Assembly (NCBI GenBank): GCA_051362555.1
Contig: CM120649.1
Location: 11,222,001 to 11,286,000, forward strand
DNA from: Lingula anatina
Lineage: Eukaryota > Animalia > Brachiopoda
Reading direction: 5' to 3'
Length of the DNA: 64,000 nt
Position 1 is the first letter of the stretch. Every line of letters begins with the position of its first letter. The notes below the pieces were generated by a model. It made no database searches. It was not told the origin of the DNA and worked only from the letters and a program-made list of their open reading frames with translations. The position numbers were made by a program, and so were the translations under genes. This document shows, one piece after another, positions 13,501-25,514 of this stretch.

Positions 13501-15633
13501 ACCGAGTATCTTCATCATTCACTGTTTTGGCTTCCAAAATGGCACTTCCAAGAAGGATGCGCCATCGACTTCTACAGCTACTAATGCTACAGGAGACCGA
13601 AGATCACGACGCAATGCTTGCAGTGGTTGCTCGGGATCGCCTGCACTTTTATCGTGCTGGGCACGTGCGTCGTCTTAGTGTGACGCACTTCACAAGTATG
13701 GTAGTAGTACTCGCCACGCACTTTGGAAGTAAGATAAACGCACGGAGGAAGTGCACTCACCCCCCTTTTTGTTAAAACGTACATTGAAAGCAAGTTGAAC
13801 GTACGAGTCTCTTGCGTGGTAAGTACGTCTTCGTGGTAAAATACCCCGGAATTTCTGCATGCTTTTCCTGCGTTACACGCACGCCTAGCGCACTTACTCA
13901 GTACTTTTGTCTTGCGTGCTACGAGCGTGCTCCAGGCGTTTTAATTGTCGCAGACAGGTCGTAGCGAAAAACTGGCCGGCCAGTTTTCGGGCTGCGTGCT
14001 TTGCGTCGTGTTTGCGTCCACCAAAAAAAGTACGTTCCACGTGCGTGTATCTTACTACTTGGCCAATTTTTTGCACGCAAACCGCTCGTAGAAGCACGCA
14101 CGACCGGTTGTAAGAGTAGCTTTAAAGAGTCGAAGGAATCAGCCACATATCACATACCGGTCTGCCACGTGGTATTAGATCTTTCTTTAACAGGGAGAGG
14201 TTGAGGTGGTCGTCCGCTGAGGTGTTTCCTCTGAACCGGTCTGGAAAACTCCTGCATCAACAGCTCTTTACTCGGAATATACTGATGGGTCTGGAAGGGA
14301 TGATACGTTGACAAGACTTAAGGTAACTATTTTTTACTGAATGGTTAAACCTTACTCCACCCCTACACACACGCGTGCGCACACACACACACACACACAC
14401 ACACGCATACCACGCACACACATATAGGCACTCGCACATACACAGACACTCCCACACGCAAACACACTTGGAATTTGCTTCCTATAGCCTGTGTTCATAA
14501 TTTGATGCTGCACATACAAGTATTATTACGTGCATTACAAACTATAATAAAAATACCTAGTACACAAAAAATAATCGTCTTAATACAAGCCTAGATATAG
14601 TAAAATATAACCCAGTGACTTTCATATTGAAGCACCTAGCAACATGAGCCACCCTGAGTGTAAAGTGTAAAGACATGCTGAAAGCGGAGGTTAGATTACC
14701 GCTTTATAATCACTGTTGCTCAGGGTGGCAGTATGAGATAACGCTAAATAAGACTGGGTTCCCATACTTGGATCTGGATCGACCTAACTCCCTGGGGGTT
14801 CACGCTAAATTGCTATTAGCTCAAGAGGCTTAAATGTCTGTCACGCCTACCGAATCAGCTAGGGGTAAAGATAATTACCCCCTAACAGCTTTACAAGGCG
14901 TGACAGACATTTAAGCCAGTTAGTTTGATAGCAATATAGTGAGAGTCCCCAGGGAGATAGATCGATCCAAATATCTGTGGGAATGGTCCTCTACCTTGAA
15001 TGTGTAGCCGACGTCTATCTCGCTGTATTTCCTTGGCCTGGGTAACTCGATCTTGTCCGATAAATTTCCGACCACTCGCGCACTGTCCATTTTACCTGGT
15101 GAAAAAGAAGCCTGCGTTCACATCTGGGCTAAATTAGACAGATAAACGTGTATAACTTACATGAAATAGACTAACAAATCTATTACTGGACTTACAATTT
15201 GTCCAGTTGATGACATGGCGTCCCCCTCAGCCGTTCCGTTCCCCTTAGAATACAGATGAATTATTCTCACCCCTGTTTCGTACTCTGTGTCAAACTGTTA
15301 TGATACACAGATTAAACATGTATACCGAATGCGTCGTCAACTAAACAAAATAGAGTAATAGATTTAAATACGAATTATTTTATGTTAAATATAACTGGTT
15401 GACTCGCATACTGTACATAGTGTATAATTTAATTCAACTACGTAGGGTGCTAGTCAGGTTCCATAATTTTCCATTAAAAATAGTATAACTACGAAATGGA
15501 AACAAAAACATCCAAATTTCCATCCTGTGGCCTACACGGTACATTTAAATTACCCTCGTCTTCTCAAAATGAACCAGTAACTTTTCCACATGTCTGTCCA
15601 GAGCATCGTCATCAGGGTCTTCATCTTTACATT

Positions 15634-15685
<52 letters not shown>

Positions 15686-17014
15686 CCGTGCCCCAAAGTC
15701 CTGAATCCACCAATGAAAATGCGAGTGTGCGGCTGTCACCGGCCAAATTTCGAACATCATACTTGAGATTGTTCTCTTCTTTTTAATAGGTATGCCATAT
15801 TATTTTTAAAAGTTGGTCAAGATCAAGTAGACATAAATATATATATATTGAGACACGTTACTTTTAAAGGAGCCCTCTTTAGTCTGACGCGTAGGTGTAC
15901 TTCTCGGCATCAGCACGGTTACCAACTGCTGCTGGGCCATAGCCACGTGCAAGCCATTCTCGTGCAGGACTCGGTTAGCTTCGGCCAGCACCCTGACTGC
16001 CTCACGTGCCTTGCAGTGCTGTGATAAAACATCAGTAAGCTTGTTTAGAACATATACATAGGGAATTTAGCTCTTAAAATAAAAAGGTTAGTTAGGGTTA
16101 AGTTTTGAACACAAATACAATAAGTAACTGATAAGCATAAAAATTAGGAGTTTGGAAGATAAAATTGTAATGACGTTATATAAGCAAGTGCATTCCTTGA
16201 TTATAAATGTACCTTTAATCTCTGTACAGCAATATGAAGCTGTGCTCGTACCTTATTTATGTTGAGAGCATCCGTTTTGGCCTCCAAGTCCAGCTGACTT
16301 TCCTCTACCAGTGATTTAGCCTACATTAAAAAAAGATTCCATTGATAAATTTTTGACAAATGCTCAACAATTTTGCCCTGTAAGACAACAAGCGATACAT
16401 CAGATCTCTCCTTATGTTGACTCATACGGCGTGGGGCAACACCCCACCCCACCCCATTCCCGCACCCCACATGACCAGGGGTTGTTTTCGCCCTCTCTTC
16501 TTCGTCCGTCAACTTTTAAAGTCGTCCAAAGTTCCAGAGATTACTTCAAACTCACCCCAATAGTCAGCCTTTTACTGACAACGGCAGAGGTATGATGGCA
16601 TTGGGAACGAGTGTTCAGTACTCGCTGAAACTCAGGGTGACAAAGGGTTTATTTATTTATTTATTTATTTTTATTTCTTTATTTTATTTATTTTTTTTTT
16701 GCCTTTAGAATACTCACTGTGGGTAGTGGGCAAAAGAGTGATTTAAATGAAAACATTAAGTTTGTTCCAATTACGTATCGCCAGGGAAGTTTTCTTACCT
16801 TTATGTATTCTAACTGCGTGCTTTCAAGTTTCCGACCCTCTCCTTTCTTCATCAAATGATCCAACTGGAATCACAAACGTTTGAGAAGTATGCTTTACTA
16901 GATCTCTGACACCTACTGACGTCCGCAGATAGTCCATTAATACTGATAAAAACTGATAAATATACTAATTACATTTTACTCATTGGTTGATATAGAGGAC
17001 ACAGTGGAACACGC

Positions 17015-17065
<51 letters not shown>

Positions 17066-20000
17066 GTCAATCAGCTTCGGAGAAACCCCTTCCTCGCTCT
17101 TGTCCCCCCCCCCCTCAAAAAAGGATACCCCAGTGCCCTATAAATAGCTCATTTAGTAACAGTCAAATATCACTCGCCATCTACATGTACATGTATCTAC
17201 TACAGTATATACCAATTAGCACGGCAAAACAGTAATCCTACTCATTCCACCCCGGATCCGCCTTATACAAAATGCAAGAATCATATTATCATCAGCATCA
17301 ATTGATTCATTATACTGAATTCGTGCGTAAACGTGTCATTTTAATTAATTTTAATTTAAAATGTCACAAGAATTGCTCAACCTCCGTGATATATACATGC
17401 GCACTAATGGTAATAATTGAAATGCTTTGTAAAAAATTTCTGAATAATAAATTTTAATTTGTCATATTTTAAACCATAATGACATGAATTAGGTATTCAA
17501 GTACCTGTTTCTCCAATTTGTTTGTTTTTCCTTTGAGCTCCAAGTAATTTTTCCTGGCTTCGTCAACTTCTTTGGTTTCCGTTAAAATTTCTTTGAACTG
17601 TTTTCTATAATGTTCGTACTGGAAAAGATTCCAAATAAAAAAAAATCACACAGACACTAATATACAATATCTAAACAAAGATGCTGAACAGATTTTTGTT
17701 GTTTCTTTTCCATTATCAAGCTCTCCCTTAATGCTAAAGACACCATAATACAACCCATTTATCACGATATCCTTCAAGAAGAGAGTAGCAGCCTTTAATT
17801 TTTCATAAAAATGCTTTTGTTAATAATTCATGTACATTCAACTGAGGATGCAAAAAAATGGGTTTCAGCTCAATAAACTATTAATTTACAGTGAAAGTAA
17901 ACATCACTATCATGAAAACCATACAGTGATTTAGGGGCACTCTTAAAAGAAAAGAAAAAAACAGGTGAGCGGCATTGAAAGTTTTTGGTAAAACGCAACT
18001 TGATCGTCTCTCCGGAGACCGATTTTCGACGATCCTGTATTGTGGATCAGACACGGTTCTGTGCCATTGACCTAAAACCCAAAACTAATCACGTGAGAAG
18101 GGGAAACGATCATTCGAGGTCGATCAGCGCTTCTATAGTAATACGGACACTGTTTCTCCAATTTATTCCTAATAAAAGTTTTTGTATAAAAACATTTGTA
18201 CAAAAATAAGGGGTTTCTTATGCGTTGTAAAATTATCAGAATTATATAAGTAAGAACTGTACCAGAATTGGAACTCGGCTATGCGGGAGCTCTTACTGCA
18301 ATGACTGGTGATGGAGCAGAGGATTTTTTATGTAATATTGTACTGTCTGTACATCGACTCATTGTAATTTATAAATAAATTATTTTGATGCTTGAAGATG
18401 AAGTGATTTTGGTCATTGAGAGTTATTAGACGATAAATGATTTATATACGTTTAAGCATCAGCGAAGTAGAATATACCAGCTATTATTGCGTGGACAATA
18501 TTAACTCGCACATTGGCATACTGTGCTCCAACAATCTCCTATCTTACTATTTCATATACTTGTAATCTAGATAATGCCTGAATCATAATACCTGATAACA
18601 TGGTTTCTAATCAAGATATCGCAAGTACAATAATGGATTAAATGTATAGCAATTGTAACACATACGAACGACAGTTAATAAGCACACACACGTACATACA
18701 TAAACGCACACACTTTGACATGAAGGTTTTTTTAAAGAAACATTACAAGCCAATTGTAGGTCGCAGGCTGCGGAAACAGAAGCAGTTGCCCCTTCCCCAG
18801 TGATGTTTTAAAAATACGTATTATCTAAATTGTCAACCCTTTCTCTACTACAAGTCACATACTTTCTCCAGCGCCTGGATGAGTACCGCGGGCAATACAA
18901 ATGTGTGTTGTGCACCTACCCTAACCATTCCCTTACCTTAAAATCCTGCTTTGACACTATATTTTAGTAGTACGCTGGTACATATAGCTCCAGGGGTTTA
19001 ATTTTGCTAGGGGGAAGGGGGAGGATAAAAATACGAAATAGTGGGCAAGGCTAACATTACTGATGGTACAGGTATGAAAAGAATTGCTTGAATTTCTCTC
19101 GGTTCGTTTTTATTTTATTTTATTTTATTTTATTTTATTTTATTTTATTTTATTTTATTTTATTTTATTTTTTTTTTTTTGGGGGGGGGGGGGGAGGAGA
19201 AGGGAGAGCGGGTGAAGGGGGTTCCTCCGTGATTAGAGGCTTCTAGGTATGAAAAGTGCTTGAGAGCTTTAACACCTTGTTCCCTCAGTTTTCACGTGTA
19301 CAGTATATACAGTGTATCGTATATGCAGATGCAGTAATTGGCCTTCTGGTTCCGAATCACGCTGTTATATGACATGATTCTATAGTAACTCTGAACAAAA
19401 AACACGGGGTGACAAGGATCATGTTTATTTATTTATTTATTCGTGTGTTTGTTTGTTTCGATAGGCCTATATGGTCTATTTTGTCTTTGTGCGGCTGAAA
19501 GAGGTGGCGGTAGGGATGAGGGGGTAAAATAGGGGTGTGGGGACAGGATAAAAAGGGGTGAGGGGTAACAATGGGGTATGTAGAGAGAGGCTGACAAGGG
19601 GGGTGGTGAAAGGATAACAATGGGGGTGTAGGGATAACAAAGGGATGTGGGGGAGCACCTGTTTCCTTACCTGTTCCATATAGTTATCAAGCAGCTCTGT
19701 CCACAGCGTGTCTACTTCGTACATCGTCATGAACAAATCTCTCAGTCCAGAGTTGGCCTCACTCTTCAGCCATTTAGCAAGGTGTGTGGACGCTTGAATG
19801 TAAATAGATAGAAACTGAATGACAGGGCCAGGGAGCAAAGTGGACCACGTGTACGCCTTCTCATCCCCTCCCCCCCCCAAAAAAAAATAATAAGGAGGAG
19901 GTACCTCTCTACTCGCCTCCAAAAAGTTTAACAAGCCACACAAAAACCAGGCAATATGACCATCCTTCGGACCTTATATATTATAGTAAAATTATTTTCG

Positions 20001-20936
20001 ACAAAGTTTTTTTTTTATTTGCCGAGCGAAACCTTCCCAGCCCAGAAATCCCCAGAATTTGTCAGTGAAAAGAGTTGATTATTATAAATCATATTTATAG
20101 GCTTTACACTGAACATAAAATTTATATATACGCTATGAAACCGGCCAAAATTCTTGTTACAAAGTATGGAATATTTCAACAGAATATCAGTGGATTGGTT
20201 GGGATAAGGTTAAAAAAAGACAGACGCAACATGATTAGCTCATCTTTCAGATATAAAAAAACACTATCACCCTTTAGTACAAGTTTTGCTGGACAATATT
20301 TTATTTTAATTACGCTGACAGGAATAATAGTACATTTAACCTGTCATTCTGATCAGATTATATTTGTCACACAGGATAACTTCTAATGTGCGCCACTGCG
20401 ATCATCTGTTTCTCTATCATTACTTAATGTGAAAACTGTCACAGCAGAATAGAGAAAAATGAATACGTCTTTAGCTTTCGAAGTATCCCATACTTGCAGG
20501 AAGAGGACACATTACAGAAGGGTAATTAGCAATACAAATTATGATCAATCAAGATTAATATACTATATTCAGCATAATTTGCCGTCACGAATGAACGTAG
20601 TAAGTCTCTATTTCCATTACAACAGTACGTGATTCAAAACTAGAAAGGCAGAACTCGTAACTCTAGGAATGGTTTTGAATATGATATACAACGCTGATTA
20701 AATTGTAAAATTAAATTGATTAAATTGTAAAAGTGGTGAAATTTTCAATCAAAAAATTTAAACTTTTGTTCCGTCTATAAAGTTTTAGCGGTCTTTGTTT
20801 GCCTATTAACCCTACCTTGTCTCTTAGCTTCTATCATTTTACGCAGGGACTGAGCGACCATCTTCTCGTGATAAATCACCATCCCCAGGTCCCAGTGGGT
20901 CCCGTGGGAGAACCGAGTGGCCACCCTGCGGAACAT
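10591..20936 (-). CDS. Pil1/Lsp1 (eisosome)-like BAR-domain protein with a disordered Tyr/Pro-motif tail, 13 exons, about 455 aa
   Basis: Minus-strand exons 20936-20816, 19792-19671, 17618-17505, 16864-16799, 16320-16213, 16018-15862, 15624-15554, 15243-15196, 15111-14995, 14290-14158, 12466-12368, 12022-11882 and 10661-10591 all have GT-AG boundaries and compatible phases. They sum to 1368 nt from GCC-ATG to TGA. N-terminus: MFRRVATRFSHGTHWDLGMVIYHEKMVAQSLRKMIEAKRQASTHLAKWLKSEANSGLRDLFMTMYEVDTLWTELLDNYMEQYEHYRKQFKEILTETKEVDEAR. The gene model is well supported (weakest site: acceptor at 15111); the family call is from manual alignment only. Confidence 0.8.
13110..14121. mobile_element. PIF/Harbinger-like non-autonomous DNA transposon (1012 bp) in an intron of the Pil1-like gene
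   Basis: About 30-bp TIRs AGCCTCTCTTACAACCCGTCGTGCGTGCTT / AAGCACGCACGACCGGTTGTAAGAGTAGCT, with a TTA target duplication at 13107-13109 and 14122-14124. The interior is GC-rich with many CGTGC/GCACG motifs. Confidence 0.85.
14752..14991. mobile_element. GATCGATC Tourist-like MITE abutting a splice donor
   Basis: GACTGGGTTCCCATAC...GATCGATCC..GTGGGAATGGTCCTC, inverted relative to the 9621 copy. Confidence 0.7.
15636..15683. repeat. (CA)n microsatellite
   Basis: Direct reading. Similar tracts occur at about 738-760, 14380-14404, 17031-17063 and 55851-55890. Confidence 0.95.
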
Positions 20937-21896
20937 GGCCTCACGTCTCCAGCGGTCACTATGCAGTGAAACTCCTCCGCCCTCTTTTTCCCTTTTTACA
21001 CAGGGTACCAAATTGCAAGTCAGAGGGCTTTTCTGCTTATTTTTGTATTCAGTAGTGTCAGTGGAATTGTTATAATCCTTGGTAGAGAAATATTTGCTTA
21101 TTGTTAAGATTCTTCTCAGCCATTAACATAATGAATGCATGTCAGTCCAACGCTTGTAATGTCTACTTTAGCATGGAGTGTTGCGTTAAATTTGCCCGCC
21201 GTGCATTGACCTTAGTATTATCAACACAACTTCCGTGTTCGGGGTGTTTAAATAACAGCGCTCGAATGACAGAGTTATGATCTTCCTCTAGTCGGTTTTA
21301 CTGCACTAGACTTTCGCACTCTTGGTTTTAAAGTGCTTTTTACGAAATTGCCACTTTAATACTGTCTATACATGTGACCGGCGTTCGGTTTGTCCTTTCA
21401 GACATGTCGATCAATCCCAGTAGACCACGTAGTTAGGGGTTCCTCGCTCCGACCCGTCTGGGATTGTTGGGCTATTTCTAGCCTTTACCTTGTCGACCTT
21501 AAAAAAGGGTGGCCTTAATTTCGGTCATCTAAGGACATGTAAACGGCTGGAATGAGTCCCTGTGTAGCAACTGCAGTGTGTCACTAGTTTCACCACTCTT
21601 TGTGCTATATGTATGACATATTGTGCAGTCGACCTAACGTCACATTTCAAATAGATCAACGATCAGACTGATAAACTGCTCCCCTTATCGGATTCCACTG
21701 CTGTTTGAACAACAGAGTCACATACTAATCTCTGCACTCGATTTATCTGCTACGTCCACAGAATAATCCCAATGAGAACCACGTACAATGTGTATTCTGA
21801 AATCAGAGTGGCCTCTGAAATAGTATAGAAGATTGAAGAATACAATTATTTTGTAACAGACTACCGATACTAGCGGGCCCTATGGTCAGAGAGTAA

Positions 21897-22338
21897 CACC
21901 CCATTTCCATAGATTTTTAGATCGATCTATCCCTGTGGGGAGTCTCACTAGATTACTGTCAGCTTGGCCGGCTTAAGCGTCTTTCCCGCCTACTAATTGC
22001 TGTAAGGGGGTAATTAACTATGGTGCCCGCTCGGCTGATTGCAATTTAGCGTGAACCCCCAGGGAGTTAGGTCGATCTAAAACTTAATCTTCAGATCGAT
22101 CTAAATCTCTGGGAAAGCACCCTAAGACCCCATTCCCACAGATTTTAGATCGATCTAACCCTGTGGGGAGTCTCACTAGATTACTCTCAGCTTAGTCGGC
22201 TTAAGCGTCTGTCCCGCCTACTAAAAGCTGTAAGGGGGTAATTAACTACCGTGCACGCTCGACTGACTGCAATTTAGCGTGAACCCCAGGGAGTTAGGTC
22301 GATCTAGATGGATCGATCTAAATCTATGTGAATCACTC
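21897..22338. mobile_element. Two head-to-tail copies of the GATCGATC Tourist-like MITE
   Basis: Copies 21897-22122 and 22126-22338 are separated and flanked by TAA. TIRs are CC(C)ATT(T/C)CCA(T/C)AGATTTTAGATCGATCTA...AGATCGATCTAAATCT. Confidence 0.85.
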
Positions 22339-24890
22339 TAAGAGGCACACACGTAATTCGGGCAGTTCTCGTTGCACGTGAAATCTTTAAAGCGATTAAA
22401 GTTTACCTTAGTTATCGGTAGGTACTCTGTAGATAAGGATCCGAACGTGACGGTATCCCCCAGGTCACGTTTCCAAATAAATATACAGTGTATGATTTAC
22501 ATTCGCAAGGCAGGAGAACGATTACATATATTCTCCTATGACTGCACCTGTACACCGGGTATAAGCACAAAAAAGTGAGCATATGAGTAGCGTCCGTGAC
22601 ACACATTCTATGTAATAATTGCATAATTTTTTTTTCTGTTTCATACTTTATATTGTGCAGGTAGCCAGTATGCATTTAAAAAAATAAAAAAATGAAAGGG
22701 ATAAATAACAGTCTTGTACACGTAAATATTAGATAATTTTTTTAATATCCATTTTTCTTTTGTGGAAGGACGGCGCCACGAGGCTCAGAGGCCACCGGGT
22801 TGTCAGATACCTTTGTAACTCAGGGTTCCCAAGCGCTTTTTGAATGCTTTGGGCCCATTGTTTTCTTTATGAATTGTTCCTTTGCTCCCTGCGGAATAAT
22901 TTCCTTATAGGATATTGCCAGGGGAGGGTAAGTAACTTTTTATAGAAAATTCTATAGCAGAAATTAGAAGTTTTTAATATGTGCTATGCAGATTCCCTCT
23001 AAGTATAACGCATCATGCTACTAGTATCTCACGCGACTCAAGTCCACATGCTAAAGGAAAAAACACATTAATCACCCGAGCGGCTAAAAAAACAAAAAAC
23101 AAACAGATTTACAACTACATCTCGTTTCTGGCCGTAAACTTGACCTCCAGTTCGTAAAAATCTGCCAAATGACGTAGCACTCTATGACGCGTTACTGCTC
23201 CGCGAGCTTAGTACTTATTCCAATGAGGTTTGGCGAAAACGACCGAGGGCTATATCTAGTATAGAAAGAAAGCAGGAAATATATGTTCAAATAATATTTA
23301 TTTTCTGGAGTATGAAATTATACCATGTGGTATTTCTTTTAGTTATGCTATTTGAAACCAGAAAAATATATGGTGGCATTTGGCCGGGTTTAATGACAAA
23401 CATTTTTACAGACCCAAAGACATGTTAGAAATAATCCTGGAAGTTTGAAATTTCTTGATTAATCGAGTGATGGCAGGTCCTAACTGTAAAAATATTGGAA
23501 CTCTCTTGGAAATTAACCAAGTGGGAGGGGGGGGGGTCAGGGTTTTTTATCTTTTTAATCACGCCAGTCAAAAGAACAGGAGGGAGGAAAAGGTGTGGCT
23601 CTTTTGAATGGTCATTTACATGTACCTACTCGTTTTACCTACCTAAAGACAATCAATGCGCAATTTAAACTTTCGGGGTTCATAACAAAATTGTCAAGTG
23701 CTTAATATTAGACGAAAAGGTTTCTTTTCTATTAATAATGTATAAATTATTTAGTGCTGCAGTGATTCTAGATTGATTCGACCTTTTATATCGGGCACGA
23801 CATTAATATAAGCATTCAAGGTCTAACGTTTTTTTAAATTTTTTGTTGAAAAAGAACATCCTGCCCCAATGTATCGGTGGGTTATAACAGAGTCGGTTAT
23901 GGAAACACGCAGAACAACCTAAAACTTCCCCAATATCGGAAGGCCGCGACAAGGTAGACGTGCATGTAAATAAAAACGCTATATAGTCATTGTGCTGGAT
24001 ATGGAATCGGGATGGTACGAGAACGAAATTGGACTCGGGTTGGACCGGGCAAATGACAATATTCATTTTGTAAACAGATAAATGAATGATAAATTATTTT
24101 GAAAAGTATATAATAAAAATAAACATTAAATTAAATTCGTACTACATATTGGACCATCATACATTCTGATATTGGCTCTAAACTTACTTTATAAATACAG
24201 TGCCACACAGCGTAATTCTGTCTATTACATGCATGCACAGACCTATACATTATGTGTAAATACGACGAGGTATTTTTTTGCCTCATAAGAAAAGAGCAAA
24301 AAAAGGGCTATATATATTTATACTTCTTTACTACATAAAATGTTTTTCAACAACAGAAAAAATATTGGTTCATTTTAAAAGTAAAAATTGACAATAAACC
24401 ATCAATAAATTGTGGACTAAGTATTCATTGTAATTTTAAACATATTTTAATAGCCATTTGCTAAATACCAAACTAATTCTATGAATACAGTAACTCGATC
24501 TAAACATTCATAACACATAGCAGCACGACATTCAAACATAAATTTTACGCCACAGATGTTATACACTGTACAACTGTGTTGCCCAACTACAATTGTAAAG
24601 TCACATGATAAAAAGTCCGTCAACATTGTCCAGTCTTTCTTGCTTCGCCTTGTAACTCTGAGTCTCTCTACTCCTTACGTCTAACTCCTGAAATTGTCAC
24701 TTAAAGAAAACAGTACAACAACTGTTTGGATTTGTTCTGTTACAAGTTTCTAAGCGTTGTGTAATCCGACCTTGTTGATATATTGGACGAAAGAGTATAC
24801 CTGATAGGCCTACCAATACCCGTGGGGTTGAAAAAGGCTAGTTTTAGGTCGGTAATCGTTCTACATGTATATCTGGGCGTGTGGCTCTTA

Positions 24891-25105
24891 GGCTCTGTTC
24901 TCACAACTTTTAGATCGATCTATCACCGCGGGGAGTCTCACTAGATTACTGTCAGATAATCCCCCTTAAGTGTCCGTCCCCGCCTACTACAAGCTTTAAG
25001 GGGTAATTAACTTTCGTGTCCGCCCGGCTGACAGCTATTTAGCGTGAACCCCCAGGGAGTTAGGTCGATCCAATGTAGGTCGATCTAATCTATGAGAATG
25101 GGGTG
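24891..25105. mobile_element. GATCGATC Tourist-like MITE
   Basis: TTA on both sides; interior close to 22126-22338 (GGGGAGTCTCACTAGATTACT, TTTAGCGTGAACCCCCAGGGAGTTAGGTCGATC). Confidence 0.85.
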
Positions 25106-25514
25106 TTATCCCCCTCCAATACTTTAACCACACCAGCCCGACGTGCAGGAAGCAGTGAGATGACGGTCCCAGTCTACATATTTTTTACCAAAATTTTGTT
25201 CACGTAAATGAGCCTTCAAAATATATTTCTTCAAAAACAAACACGAAATTGCTTCTCAATTTCGGCATCCACCCAACCCCCATGTATACCCAACCACATG
25301 CAAACACAGGCAGGTATTTAATTTGCTTTCGAAGTGCCTACTTACAATTACCAAACTGAACACACTACGCTTTTCATTTGCATGGAGTTGACCAGAACAA
25401 TTGTCACACGTTTGGTTCTACTATTTCCGCTACTCAGGAAACATGAGGTCTCACACCAGAAAGGTTCATATAAATGTTTTACTCTTTCAAAAGAATCACA
25501 CGATTTTCTAGCCC

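Noticed and set aside
15096-15111. Stronger-looking acceptor (TTTTTCACCAG) at 15095 for the Pil1-like gene
   Set aside because: It is out of phase with the preceding 48-nt exon, so the acceptor at 15111 was used. It could still serve isoforms that skip from a phase-1 donor.
21410-21560. Possible SINE or structured RNA upstream of the Pil1-like gene
   Set aside because: It is GC-richer than its flanks, but I found no clear A/B boxes, tail, target duplication or second copy.
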